DNA of 64,000 bases from Orbicella franksi (GCA_964199315.1 OZ116698.1:23994001-24058000); one strand, 5' to 3'. Positions 40,350-54,074 are shown, counted from the stretch's first letter. Program-made: numbers and translations. Notes: generated from the sequence alone by a model not told the origin.

Positions 40350-41200
40350 CTGTCACCGAGCTACTGAAGACAGAAGGAGAGGAATGCACTGGACACTTTC
40401 AACCGTTCTGGAGGATCTAGATTATGCTGACGACATTGCTTTGCTATCTCATTCTATTAATGACAGGCGGGAAAAATCTGACAGGCTTAATAGATTCGCT
40501 TGGCAGGTGGGGCTTAAGATCCGCCCTAACAAGACAGAGGTCTTGCCTGTAAACTTCTCAGCACCATTGACCATTTATGACAGCTACACTTACAACTACC
40601 TATCAATTCACGTATTTGGGTAGCACAGTCTTCAGTGAAGGGGGAGCCGACCAGGACATTCGACAGAGGATTGGCAAAGCTAGAGGGGCCGTCAGAAAAT
40701 TGCGACCTGTGTGGAGGAGAAGAAAGTACAGCAGAGGCACAAACATTAAGCTTGTGTGCTGTCTGTACTACTTACTCTATGGATAGTAATGTTGGAGAAT
40801 GACTGTAAGTTATCTGCATAGGCTGCGACCCTCTCACTCTTCCGTTCTACGTTAAGTCTTGTATATCTTTTGGTCAAGAAAGATCTCCAACAGTGAGCTC
40901 TTCAAACTGTCAGAGCAGGGGGAGATGGGAATTGTTCTTATCAGGCGAAGATGGCGTTTGATCGGTCACGTGCTCCGTAGAAAAACTACTAACATCTCGA
41001 AAGTTGCTCTCAGATGGACACCATAGGGTGAAACGAAGAGACGCCGCTCAAAATCCACCCGGAGGAGGACTGCAGAAGCACAACTTTAGGCCCTAAACCT
41101 TAATTGGGAGCAGGCCGCACAGCGTGCCAAGGACCGACAGAAATGGAGGAGTCTTGCTGATACCCTATGCGCCAGGTGGCGTGTAAAGGATAAATGATGA
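40350..41200 (+). mobile_element. 5'-truncated, decayed RTE-clade LINE (C-terminal part of RT and 3' end)
   Basis: LEDLDYADDIALL; GLKI..KTEV; FTYLGS...GGADQDIRQRIGKAR. Broken by stops and frameshifts; ends in a tgatgaatga-type tail. Confidence 0.85.
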
Positions 41201-42789
41201 ATGAAGAGAGCAAAAAATAAGAATTTTCCTTTAAGGGTTTTTTGGCCTGACTATCGGGCTACATTCTCTCCAAATTTCCGTGACAAACGTTGAAAACTTG
41301 CTGAAAACGAACTCAAAATGTGCGCTTAACTCGCTGAAATTTTCGTTTCGAGATACGAGAGAAAATGTACTTTAAGGCGTTTTTCCTGTGTTATGAGATA
41401 AATACTCAGAAAGTGTGAAAGTGACGACTTGGTGGTCGATAAAGTGAACGCTCATTTACTTTAAGAATAGCGCTCGTATCATATTAGACTAGAGCTAGCT
41501 TGCAACTGAGGGGCTAATGCGGGGTCTTTTTAAATGCAAATAGCATTTATCCCTTTTTATTCCCTCGCATAAACCTCCGTTGCCAGCTAGTTTCAGTCCA
41601 ATACCGGGAATACGAATATTGTCTGTATTGAAGGAGTCTCAAATGTTGCTTCAGGAGGAAAATATCCTTTGCAAGATCTGAAATCCTCTGTTCAGGCACC
41701 CAAGTTAGTAAGGAAATAATTTTCGTCCCTGCTTATTCTTTTCGACTTTCTAAATGCCTTAGCTTAATACAATGTGAATGAAACCCACGACGTATTGATT
41801 GAGATGTTACTTCGAACGGCGAAAGCGCTAAGGAAGTGATGCTTAGCGAACGTCGAACGTCTTCCTCGTCCGATACAATCGAACGATTTTGAAACCTTCA
41901 ATCTTTTTCCGTAGAACTTTTAAAGAGTTCAATGTGATCAATCCGAAAAAGCCAAAAGCAATTTTTTTACTATAAAAAACCTTTGCTTGCCTGGGATCCG
42001 CCATTGGGCTTGACGCATCCCATCTCTCAGTTGTGCAGAATAATCGCAGTTGTGACAGCCTCGCCTGGCTGCCTAGTATGGTGCACTTTAATGCTGTATT
42101 TTGGATACTTGCTTAAAACAGGCTAAAACACAGTTAAAGGGGGGGTGGCATGCTACCTTGAAAATTTCACTTTTTCTCCCTTGTTCCCTTTAAATAAATT
42201 CCATGTTCTCTAAAATTTTTGGCAAAGTTCCCTTTAATAGTAAAGATATTCCTTATTCCTCAAATTGATCCCAAACTTTCCCATGTTCCTTTGAAATGAT
42301 CATGTTCCCTTGTTCCCCAAAGCCCCTGGGAGGCCTTCAAGATTGTACAGTTCATGTTGACATCAAAGCATCAAAAATGAGGGTTTTTTCTGTAAATTGC
42401 TGCGACCAGTCAGGTTTTGTATCCAAAATTCCGCTGGGTGACCGCTAGAATATGTAATTTGGGATATGGAACATTGACCATTTCCCTCTTTTTTCACTCA
42501 TGAATATGCATGGCCGATGAACAAGCCATAACAAGCACAATGTAAGCTGGCTGCTTGTCACGTTTGTGTTCCATTTTGTCTCTTGTTCTCGTCGTCTTGA
42601 CTTGTCAAATATGACTGTGACTAGAAAATGCTGAATGGGTCGTTAATGCAGCTAATATGGCCAAACAACTTATAGTTCTAATGTTTGGGGAGAAAAACAT
42701 TTCTCCTATTGATGGCATTCAAGATGTCTGTATTTATGGCAATATTAACAACCAAATAGCACAAGAGGAAAGATTTTTATCACTTCCAT

Positions 42790-44310
42790 AGCTATCAGAG
42801 CGCAAGATGCACCAAACATTTAGGGAACGAGACCGGATATGTCACAAAAGAAGAGATTAGAAAGGCCGTTGGAAACATGGAGAATGGAAAAGCAGCAGAT
42901 TAGATTCCATCACAGGTGAGATGTTGAAAGCAGATATAGTTGTGACCACCAATGCATTACATTAGTTATTCCAAAAAATCTGGGACCAGGAGGAGACACC
43001 AAATGACTGGAGTAGGAGTTTGATCGTCAGATTACCAAAGAAATGTGATTTGAAAGTTTTGAAAACTAGAAAGGAATAACGCTTATGTCGACAGTAGCAA
43101 AGGAATTAGGCAGAGTGTTCATTTCATACATACGAGGAGAAGTCAATCAGAATCTGAGAGCCGAGCAAGCCGGATATAGAAGTGGCAGAAGTACCACTGA
43201 ACAGATATTCGTGCTGCGCAATGTTGTCGAACGGTTCATTGAGTGGAATTCTTGCTTCTAACTATTTTTTGTAGACGTTGAGATGTCATTCAGTGATAGT
43301 GTTCATATAGAGACACTGGCGCTTGCTGAAGAGTTATGGAATCTCAATCAAGTTGGTCGACATGGTGAAAAGTATGTACAAGAATTGCAGATGTGCCTTT
43401 ATAGATAAGACCAGCCATCTCGATTGGTTGGAGGTGCTTTCAGGAGCAAAACAGGGTTGTGTTATGTCCGGTTTCATTTTTCTCATGATCATTGACTGGG
43501 TTATGAAGAGAACCGAGGAGAACAGCAAAAGTGGAATCTGATGCAAACTGACAACAACCCTTGACGATCTTGATTTTGCCGATGACTTGACACTTTTGTC
43601 TAGCAGATGGAGTCATGCACAGAAGAAACTGAACCGACTAGACCAGTTCGGGAGAAAGAAGGTCTAAAGACCAATGAAGAGAAGACCAAAGTTCTGAGGT
43701 ACAACCCTGGCAGACTGGATCCACTAACCAACCAGGAGAGAGAGAAGTGGATGATGTGGACAGTTTTGTATATTTTGGTTCCAAAGCAAGGAGGTACAGC
43801 TAGTGATATAAGAGCAGGCTATGGAAAGCAAGGGTGGGGTTTAACAAGCTTAACAAGGTATGGAAAAAGTAGCTTCCTCAGTCGAAAGACAAGGATCATG
43901 ATCAAAACGAATGTTGTTGCCGTTCTACTCCATGGTTGCGAGACATTGCGAATGACCAAAGAGGGCGATTCCAAGCTAGACGTTTCCCTGCACTAATGCA
44001 TGAGGAAAATCCTGATCGTTTACTGGTCGATGAAGGTTAGAGATCAAGATCAGGCGCAAGGACAATCAGCGAGTAAGTAAGAGCTAGGAGATGGAAATGG
44101 CTGGGCCATGTTTTGAGGATATCTTCAGACCAAAATTGCAAGATAGCACTAACATGGGCACCCTAAGGCAAACGCCGAAGAGGACGGCCAAGAGAGACGT
44201 TGCAGAGAACGATCAACAAGGAGAGAGAGGATCTCGGATTCAAGACATAAAGGGAGGTGGAGGTGGCCCCATTCTGCACTAGGAGAGAAGGAAAAGATGA
44301 TGATGATCCT
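42790..44310 (+). mobile_element. Second decayed RTE-clade LINE fragment (RT domain to 3' end)
   Basis: EIRKAV.NM.NGKAA; GYRSGRSTTEQIFVLRN; GAKQGCVMSGFIFLMIIDWVM; DLDFADD; RRWKWLGHVL. Many lesions; ends in a (gat)n tail. Confidence 0.85.
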
Positions 44311-44370
44311 TCCCATGCTCTGCTGGAAACGAACATTATAAGCACACGGGTTTTACCGATTTCATCCCCT

Positions 44371-44522
44371 TAGAGCGGTTTTCAATTGAGTCTCGAAAGT
44401 AATTAGACAATTACTTTGGTTTTGGTTTTGGTTTTACTTCGGTTTGAGATTGGCTGAGTAGTCTAATTGGTAAGTAATTGGTTTGATTTTGGTTTTACGA
44501 CACTCAATTGAAAACCGCTCTA
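44371..44522. mobile_element. MITE with perfect 21-bp inverted ends
   Basis: tagagcggttttcaattgagt ... actcaattgaaaaccgctcta. Confidence 0.85.
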
Positions 44523-44523
44523 T

Positions 44524-44554
<31 letters not shown>

Positions 44555-44557
44555 TTT
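44521..44557. repeat. (TTTA)n microsatellite
   Basis: Direct reading. Confidence 0.9.
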
Positions 44558-46509
44558 CCTGGGTACTATAGGCAGTACTTAAGAGTAGTATTGTACTTGG
44601 CGCAACGGAATCAGTTTTTGAAAAAACTGATTTCTTTGCGACAAGTTTTGTTTTAGTCACAAGTTGTGATTTAGTCATAAGATTTTTTTAGTCACTCGAT
44701 TTTGTTTCAGTCTTATGACAATAAATTTGAGAAAACTATGTTTTTATTTTTGAATCAAAATATGAGAAAATCGATTGAAAACTATGTTTTATTTGCTAGT
44801 CAAATCTATGAATAAATGCAACAATTTTGAAAAAGTCATGAACCAACTATTTTGTCTTTTCTCTGGATTATTTGGCATGCATACTTGCTGGAATGTCTTA
44901 TTGCGTGACATTTCTCAGAAAAACCAAGAAGTTGATGTGGAGCGGCACAGCTGTGCCGTGACGTCATACTTGAGGGACTTTCCCGCTGAAATGAGTCATC
45001 AAATCAGCAATTAGCAGACGCGTCTTGCATAAAATTATGGGGATTCAGCTATATTTATATTTGTATTTTCTTTCGAGTTGTGGGAGTAAGCTTTTTTAGT
45101 AAATTTTACTGCTAAAGTTTGGTTATGAAGTTTACTTCAAAATAAAAATCTGATTGTATAATATAAATGATTCAAATTTTTGATAGGATTATAAATAAAC
45201 TAGACGCTTGCCGCGTGTACCCATGCAGTCGTTATACTGAGAAGTACTAACTATATTGCAATTGAGCTAAATGTTCTGCAATTGAGGTCGTACGAAATTC
45301 AATGGAATCGATGTGCTCAAGCTATTCCGCCTTTGATTGCATTCCTTATACTAGTTCGCAGGTCTTTAGGGCGTGAAATGAGTCAAGGTCTTTATATCAA
45401 CCTATAAACGTTTCAGTCTATTTTCCTTAGTCTTTGTCGTCGTCGTCGTTGTTGTTGTTGTTTTTTTTGCGTTTCCCAAGCAAGCGGGACATTTTTGCAT
45501 GACATTGAGCTACGAACGCGTTTGTCGAAAAACATATAGTTATCTCGTGATTTTTAGCCCACGCAGAAGTTGAACTATTAGGAAAAGTGCTTATGTAAAT
45601 GCTTGTTTGCTCAATACAGATAATCAGTCGCCTAGATAGCCAAAGTAAGTTGCAGATGTTTACACTATTTTCCGGCCGCACTGTACGTGTACCGCGGAGG
45701 TGCAAAATATTTCGACGAGTATCTGAGCTTTGGGAAAACGCACAGACTTAAAAATTGGAGAAGTGTCATTTAATTAATCTCCTATAACATCACAATTGCT
45801 TGACTTTATCCACTAAATGGTTTTCGAATAATTTCCTTATTGCATCAGGATTACGTGACAGTGCAAGCCAAGAATTGTTTTGCTGGGGTAAAATGCCGAA
45901 TAGAGTACCATGCCGAGAAGAGTACGACGCATAAATTATGTCAAATTATGTAACAGCACGTGGCAGCAAGTGTCAGCAAGACATTCCAGAGTCAAACTGA
46001 CAGGGAGTAGGGTTTAATTATCTTTCATTCTTATATTAAGGAACGAAGACTTTACTGCTTCAACTGAACCCGTCATTTCATGAAACAAATAAAACTTTTC
46101 CCTAGATGATGTACCGAAGGTGTATTTGATCAGAATCGCTGGGAAACAACTTGTGAAAACATTTTCTAGTATCTTATAGATCGCATTTGTAATGATTCCA
46201 TTTCGCAATTTATCGGTATTGTAAAATGTGTTTACGAAATCCATGCGTAACTAGTTTCGAAAGAGGTCCCATTTACGTAGCCAAAAGTTGCAAAACACTC
46301 AAGCACATCTCTCTATAAAAATTCGACAACTTCCACTAAACCGCACAAAGCAAGCCTGACCTCCCTCCAACAAAGAGCAGCTGAAGACTACAACGACCGT
46401 GTTTGCCGTGACGTACCGTGGCCAAAATGAGTAACACGACGCCATCGACAACGGAAACAGCACCGCCAGGTGAGACTATCGAGTAATTAAATGAAAAAAT
46501 ATGTTTTAA

Positions 46510-47095
46510 GCGCCGAATGAAGTACGATACTAGTGCTTATATACAAGTGCAATTTCATTCCAAAAAAAAAAAATCATACGAGCCCGGTACTTATAACACA
46601 AGTCTGAGTTCAATGCAATTTCATTAAGAAAAATACATGTTTTAGTGCGTGCCGAATAGAGTACGAGACTAGTACTTATAAGACCAGGTTGAGTTCAGTG
46701 AAATTTCATTTTAAAAAAAATACATGTTTTAGTACGTGCCGAATAGAGTACGAGACTAGTACTGATGAGACAAGGCTGAGTTCAGTGCAGTTTCATTGAA
46801 AAAATACATGTTTTAGTGCGTGCCGAATAGAGTACAAGACTAGTACTTATGAGACAAGGCTGAATTCAGTGAAATTTCCTCGAAAAAGTACATTTTTAGG
46901 GCGTGCCGAATAGAGTACGAGACTAGTACTTATGAGACAAGGCTGAGTTCAGTGAAATTTCCTCGAAAAAATACGTTTTATTGCGTGCCGAATAGAGTAC
47001 GAGACTAGAACTTCTAAGACAAGGCTGAGTTCAGAGCAATTTTATTGAAAGAAAGACATGTTTTAGGGCGTGCCGAATAGAGTGCGAGACTACTA
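46510..47095 (+). repeat. Left tandem array, 82-87-bp unit (6 good copies plus 1 degenerate)
   Basis: GCCGAATAGAGT(A/G)C starts at 46651, 46738, 46822, 46905, 46987 and 47072, with a degenerate copy at ~46512. Confidence 0.9.
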
Positions 47096-47951
47096 CTTGC
47101 AAGAAGAAGCTGTGTTTAGTGCAATTTAAGTACAAGCTGATTATTCCAACAGTATTGAAAGGTCTTGAAATGCTTCGGAAGTCTGTAAGACTTACAAGAG
47201 ATTCGTTTCTCAAGGTTGTTGCAGGAACTGTGGCCCCTCTCTGTTTGTTGGACCAATGTGCTCTGAATGCTGGCATATTTTTTACAATGTCGTCAAATTT
47301 TTGCCCCTTTTACGTTAACGTAAAATTAAAAAACCCGACTCCGTTAATGACTCAATGTGGCAGGTAATTTGCGTGAATTTTCCTGCAGGCATCGTAACCG
47401 ACTTTTTTGGAAAGGCATAACAAGTAAACCTCGTTACAGGGTAGATGAAGAAGGTGAAGCGCCAACTATTTTTCATTTGGAATACACCAGTAACGGTGTT
47501 TCTATCCAAATCGATGTCTGGTGGTTGTTTCTAGGGGGAAAGCGCTGGATATTCTTCGTGACATTCATCGCAGGTCATCTGAAAGCGGTTGTCAAGTGGT
47601 TGGTGTGAATAGCCTCGTTAAGCAGTTTTCTCTTAAATTCTTTTGCAATGGTATAAAAGCACTGGCCAAAGAATTCTTGAAATCATGTCCTGACTGCCAA
47701 TTGCATAAGCCGTTTCCAACTGTTGCCCCTCCAGCTCGTCCAATTAGAACGTTTGGGCCTTTCGAGAGATTGCAAGCGGATATCATTGACATGGCTCCAG
47801 GCAAAAAGCGGTCGTTCATGACAAATAACAGGGACCAGTATCGCTATATCTCAGTCATCAAAGACTGCTTTTCTAAGTTTTGCTGGCTATTTCCAACTAA
47901 AACAAAATCCGCAAACGAAGTCCATTCCATTATGCACCATTTTTTCTACTA

Positions 47952-48152
47952 TGTCGGCGATGAAAGCGTTACATTGAAACACGAACTTTGCGTGACAATG
48001 AAATATGAACTACTTGAACATTGAACTATTATGTAATCCATTGTACATGTATTGTGATCGAGAGACGCGAAATAACCAGAGCGGATCAGAGAGAATAAAG
48101 GAGAATCAAAGTGAAACCAGAGTGATTGTTTGCCGTTAAACCATTTACGACA
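47952..48152 (+). repeat. 5' LTR
   Basis: tgtcggcg...tacgaca; 5 mismatches out of 201 versus the 3' LTR by manual comparison. Confidence 0.95.
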
Positions 48153-48156
48153 AAAG

Positions 48157-48173
48157 TGGCGAACCTGCCAGGA
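48157..48173 (+). promoter_or_regulatory. Primer-binding site (probably tRNA-Arg)
   Basis: tggcgaacctgccagga, 4 nt after the 5' LTR. Its complement resembles the 3' end of eukaryotic tRNA-Arg(ACG) as I recall it; unverified. Confidence 0.7.
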
Positions 48174-48196
48174 CCCTGTAACAGGAATCACCGAAT

Positions 48197-51100
48197 ATGG
48201 CGAAAACAGTTGAACAATTGACCAAAGCGATCGACGCGAAGCTTCAACTACTCAAGCTTACGCAAGACCAAACAACTAGCGCAATTGAGAAGGAAAACAT
48301 CACGAGCGTGGAGAGATTACGGAATACGTTGAAGAAGAAGGTGGAAGAGGTCCACGACTTTAAGACTACCGTACAAGAAATGATGTTTGAAGCAGGGAAC
48401 AAAGAAGAAGAAATCCTGGAATGGAGTGCGAATATTGAAGAAGGTGTGGGTGAATTTGAGAAAACAATCGATCACCTCAGCGCAGCGATTAAGGAATTTC
48501 AGAGCAGTGAAACGCAAGCCGCGAAAAAAGAAGAAGAGGAGCGTGCCGCACAGCTCAGGGAGAAAAAGTACGAAGAAGAAATGCGATTCGAAAAAGCCAA
48601 ATTGGAGCAAAAGCTCAAGTACGAGAAGAAGATCGACGAGAAAAAGGATCAAAACATCAACGCGAAACTGCCTAAACTTGTCATCACTCACTTCAAAGGC
48701 ACTCCCGCCGACTGGCTGCGATTTTGGGGTCAGTTTTCAGCGGAAATTGACGCAGCAGATATTTCGAAAATCACGAAGTTTACCTACCTGAAGGAACTCT
48801 TGGAGCCACATGTTCGATCCTCAATAGATGGCCTCCCGTTTACCACAGAAGGCTACGAACGAGCGAAGAATATACTAAAACAAAATATGGAAAAGAAAGC
48901 GAGATTGTCAACGCTTACGTAAGCGTCATTATGTCCCTGCCGACGATTCATGGAACAAACCCAAACAAGATCTTAGAGTTCTATGAAAAGCTGTGCTCAA
49001 ACGTACAGTCCCTGGAAACCATGGGCAAGTTAGGAGAGGTGAATGGGTACGTTCAAATGACTCTGAACAAGCTGGAAGGGATCAGAGGAGATTTAGTCCG
49101 TACCGATGATGATTGACAGGAATGGGAGTTCCTGCAGCTTCTCGAAGCGTTACGGAAGTGGACCGTGAGAAACCCGCCGAAACTCGAAGAAGGGGTTGAT
49201 CAAGAAAAGCTGCCACCATTCAAGCCACCATTCAAACCGCCTTTTAAACCACCAATCAGACCACCTTTCAAGCCACCATTCAAACCACCATTCAAGCCAC
49301 TCACGTCAAGAAGTTTTCAAGCCAACCAACGAGAGCCAAAGAGAAGGCCATGCGTTTACTGCGAAAGCCCAAGTCACCAATCCACTAATTGCAACAGAGT
49401 TACCACGGTCCCAGAGCGAAGAAAACAGCTGATCTTAAAACAACTATGTTTTAATTGTACCGGCGCCAATCACAGGGTCGAAGAGTGCCGCTGTGTTTCA
49501 AAATGCATGTTCTGCCGAAGGAGACACCTCTCGTCGATCTGCGAGAACACTTCCGGATCCCAGCAACCCGAGCATATGTTAGTTGCCACTGGAAGAAGCT
49601 CAGTAACCTACCCGATGGTCGTGGTAGACGTAGGTGGTATACGGTGCCGTGCGCTGTTGGACACCGGAGCCGGAAGTTCATACGCCTCTGCAGCGTTACT
49701 CGATCGACTAGGAAAGCGACCAGTGCGAAAGGAGTTCCGAAGGATCGAAATGATGATGCAAACTACAGATAAAGAAATCAAAGTCCATGACGTAGTGATC
49801 AAAAACCTATCTGGGGATTTTCATCTGCGAACAGAAGTAACCAAGGTGAACCGTGGTGTGCTGTTAAATTTAACAAATCCCAGGTACAAGGACATGGTGA
49901 CACGGTACGACCACTTGAAAGGGATAGTAATGGATGATGTTGACGCGAAAAGAGAGCTCCCTGTACATCTAATTCTCGGTACTAGCGAGTATGCAAGGAT
50001 CAAGACGGAGACCACACCCAAGATAGGACAACCTGGAGAACCGATTGCAGAACTGACACGCCTAGGATGGACCATCATGTCTCCTGGAAGTGAGCCCGAT
50101 CTTACTAACATGTTTCTAACCCAGACCTCCACGGTAGATTATGAGGCACTTTGCAGACTCGATGTACTTGGATTGGAGGACCGACCAGTTGGTGATCAGT
50201 GTCTCGTGTATGAAGAATTTAAGGAACAACTTGAGAGAAGTCCTGAAGGATGGTATGAAACAAGTCTTCTCTGGAAGGGTAATCATCCACCCTTACCCAA
50301 CAACAAGTACGAAAGTTTGAAGCGATTGGATAACCTAGTGAGAAAACTAGAAAAACAGCCAGGCATGTTGGAGAAGTATGACGACATCATCCAAGATCAG
50401 TTGGCACAAGGAATAGTCGAACGGGCGCTGAAGGAACCAGAAGGAAGAGAGTTCTACCTTCCACACAAAGCCGTGATACGAGAAACAGCAGAGAGTACGA
50501 AGATCCGTATCGTCTACGATGCATCTGCGCGAGCCAACAGAGAAGCACCTTCCCTTAATGAGTGTTTAGAGACGGGTCTACCCTTACAGAACAAACTTTG
50601 GAGTGTACTCATCAGGAATAGATTCCACCCCGTGGCCTTAGCAGGCGATCTAAAACAGGCTTTCTTGCAAGTAAGGATACGAGAGGAAGACCGAGACGTA
50701 ATGCGATTTCATTGGTTGAAAGACCTGGAAACAAAGCAAGTGGAAACTCTAAGATTCACGAGAGCACTTTTCGGGCTGTCCACATCACCATTTCTACTCG
50801 GAGGAGTCATTGACCAACACTTGCAAAATCTTCAGCACATTTTCCCAAACGAAGTGGAGGAGATCAGACGAAGCCTCTACGTAGATGACTTGATCAGCGG
50901 TGGTGAAACTGTCACCGACACACAACATTTGAAACAAACATCTCAGTCCATCTTCAGAGGAGGAAAATTCTAGCTGCACAAATGGCATTCAAATGTACCC
51001 TCCCTGGAAGGGCCAACACCTTTAGAAGAAACGAAAACGGAAGAGGAACAACCCACCACACCCTTAGATGCAAGCCAGAGTTATGCCAAGTGCCAGATGG

Positions 51101-52535
51101 GAGTTAAGACAGGAGAGACGAAACTGCTTGGTGTACCATGGAACAAAACCGAGGACACAATCGAAGTAAACTTTCTCGGTCCGATCATCAATGTAACGAA
51201 GAGGGAAGTCCTCGGGGAAATCGCCAAGATATACGACCCACTGGGATTAGCGTCACCCGTCACCCTGGTGGGAAAAATGCTGAATCGAGAAGCGTCAGTG
51301 ATGCCCGAACGCCATGGGACTATGAGCTACCCAAAGAACTAAAGAGCATGTGGGAGAGCTGAGAAGGAGCCCTGCCAGAAAAAGTAGTGGTGTCAAGAAG
51401 CCTTGCCAAACACCAAGAGAAAATCCAAAGCATCAACCTCCACGCTTTCGGAGATGGCAGCGGCAAGGGCGTATTAGCAGCAGTATACTCAGTCACACAT
51501 CAACCATCTAGCGTAACCCAAGGTCTGGTAGCTGCAAAGTCCAGGCTTGCGAAGAAAGGGTTGACAATACCAAGGCTCGAACTAGTGGCTGGACATATGG
51601 CAACCAATCTCGTGCACAACCTGAAAGATGCTCTACAAGGGTTCCCAATAACAAGTGTCCACTGTTGGCTTGACAGCAGCGTTGCTCTTCACTGGATCAG
51701 AGGGGGTGGAAACTACAGTTTGTCAGCAAACGGGTGCAGAAAATCCAGGAGAAGCATTACATCCAGTGGCGGCATGTTAGTTCAAAGGAAAACCCTGCTG
51801 ATCTCGGAAGCCGAGGTGGAGAAGTAAATGAAACCTCAGACCTGTGGTGGAATGGACCACCTTGGTTAGCACAGCCACAGAATTGGCCACCGGATATCGT
51901 CACCAGTCCAACCAAAGAAACGCAAGCTGAAAAAAAACTCATCAAAGAAGTCCTTGCACTCACCATTGAAACCAATGACGAACTAGATCAGTTGATGCAA
52001 AAGTGGGATCTATGAAAAACCATCCGAGTTGGTTCGTGGGTTTCTCGATTTATCCGAAACTGCAGAGCTTAACGTCAACAGAGTACCACCGGACCAATCA
52101 CCACTGAGGAGACCAACAGCCAGATCGAGTTCTGGGAACGACGAACACAGATCAGATGCCAAAGCACGACCAAGTTTCAAGAAGATCAGTTACGACTCAA
52201 TCTTCAGAAGAACAAAGACGGACTCTACGAGTGCAGAGGCCGTATCCAGGGAGACTATCCAATCTACCTGCCTGACGACGCGCTGTTCAGTGGGAAGCTG
52301 GTTATGTACGTTCACACACAAACTCTCCACGGGGGAGTTAGTTTGACGATGACAAAGATAAGAGAAAAGTATTGGATACCACGTCTCAGAAGACTACCAA
52401 AGCAAGTGATAAGAAAGTGTCATGGCTGCAAAAGATTTCAAGTCGCTGCACTAGCACTGTCGCTGCACTACCCTGTAAATTTAGTTAGCATCGGGCAGGC
52501 GAAGAGCCACCCTGTGGATATACTGCCCGAAATGC

Positions 52536-52595
<60 letters not shown>

Positions 52596-53668
52596 TAGCA
52601 AACCCGCCGACAGGAAACCTGCCTAAGGAGAGAACAGAAGGATCAATGCCCTTCAAGTTCATTGGGGTTGACTTCGCTGGTCCTGTCAAGTACTTTAGCA
52701 AGAACAGGAAAGAAATGAAAGCTTACATCGTTCTATATGCATGCAGCCTTACCCGAGCCGTGTACCTGGAGCTGTTACCAGATCAGACCACACAAGAGTT
52801 CCTACGCAGTTTAAAGCGTTTCATAGCAAGACGTGGACGGCCGGAAAAAATCTTCTCTGACTACGGGAAGACCTTCGTTGCAACGTCAAAATGGTTGGAG
52901 AAGATCCGACAAGATGAAAAGATAAACGACTGGCTAGCTAAACAAAGGATCACATGGCAATTTAACCTCAGCAGAGCCCCATGGTGGGGCGGCCAGTTCG
53001 AAAGGTTGATCGGGGTGATGAAGCAAAGCATGTACAAGGCTATTGGAAATGGAAACCTGCGCTGGCATGAGCCAGAGGAGGTGATCTTAGACGTGGAGAC
53101 AACCGTGAACAACAGACCTCTTGGATACGTAGAGGACGACGTTCAATTGCCAGTGCTGACCCCCAGCCTTATGCTGTATGGGCAACCCAACCAGATACCC
53201 GAAGAAGAACCAATGGGTATAGAAGATGTTAACCTCAGAAAACGAGCCAGGTACATCTGAAGATGCAAAGACGTCCTGTGGACAAGATGGGAAACAGAGT
53301 ACCTCAAGGCCCTCAGAGAGCGTCACAACCTCAACCATAAAACGAAGGAAACAACCTTGACACGTGGAGATGTAGTACTCATCAAGGGGGAGGAACGCAA
53401 CAGAGGGAAATGGAAGATTGGCATAGTGGAACAACTGATTCAAGGACGAGATGGAGTAGTCAGAGGGGCGCGGCTTAGAGCTGGGAAGTCATACTTAGAG
53501 AGACCGCTGCAGCTGTTATATCCACTCGAATTGACCTGTGACAGACCTGTAGAAGGGAGAGGTGAAATACTTAACTCGAACGCCAGAGAATTCCAACCAA
53601 GAAGAGCCGCAACTGATGCACGCCAGCGAATATGTGCCATAGCGCAACATGAACTGGATGGAAATTAG
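48197..53668 (+). pseudogene. BEL/Pao gag-pol polyprotein, disrupted
   Basis: Gag LPKL...FKG...DW..FW (DUF1759-like); three Cys/His knuckles; protease LLDTGAGSSY; RT LYVDDLI; RNase H LHAFGD; integrase H...GGV...C..C and GVDFAG..SD.G..FERL; C-terminal GDVVLIK..RGKWK. Stops at ~49114, 50971 and 52013 plus several frameshifts. Confidence 0.92.
52457..52593 (+). mobile_element. Short 3' tail of a non-LTR retroelement ending in (TTA)n, inserted in the BEL integrase
   Basis: Flanked by 7-bp direct repeats ACTAGCA (52450-52456 and 52594-52600). Removing it restores FQVAALA-NPPTGNLP. Confidence 0.8.
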
Positions 53669-53773
53669 ACTTGAACTGCATGCTATCATTTTTAGTTTCA
53701 AATTAGTTACAGTTGTACTTTCAAATAGTAGATTTATCACATTCTATATTTGCCTCAAATATGTGAGTCAAAT

Positions 53774-53783
53774 AGGGGGAGCA
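53774..53783 (+). promoter_or_regulatory. Polypurine tract
   Basis: agggggagca immediately before the 3' LTR. Confidence 0.8.
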
Positions 53784-53984
53784 TGTCGGCGATGAAAGCG
53801 TTACATTGAAACATGAACTTTGCGTGACAATGAAATATGAACTACTGGAACATTGAACTATTATGTAATCCATTGTACATGTATTGTGATCGAGAGACGC
53901 GAAATAACCAGAGCGGATAAAAGAGAATAAAGGAGAATCAAAGTGAAACCAGAGTGATTGTTTGCCGTTAAACCATTTACTACA
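53784..53984 (+). repeat. 3' LTR
   Basis: tgtcggcg...tactaca; 201 bp. Confidence 0.95.
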
Positions 53985-54074
53985 TACTATGACGAAGGTA
54001 CTCCAAAATACTTACAGACGGACAATGGGAAGGAATTTATAGCTGAAGTCATCCCACATCGTTGGGGGTGCAAT

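Larger units (their letters stand above)
47952..53984 (+). mobile_element. Full-length BEL/Pao LTR retrotransposon (defective)
   Basis: 201-bp LTRs bounded TG...CA, 5-bp TSD TACTA (47947-47951 and 53985-53989), PBS, PPT, and gag-PR-RT-RH-IN domain order. Confidence 0.95.

Noticed and set aside
46510-47095. CRISPR array
   Set aside because: The whole ~84-bp unit is repeated with no unique spacers, there are no cas genes, the context is eukaryotic, and an inverted twin array marks it as transposon subterminal DNA.
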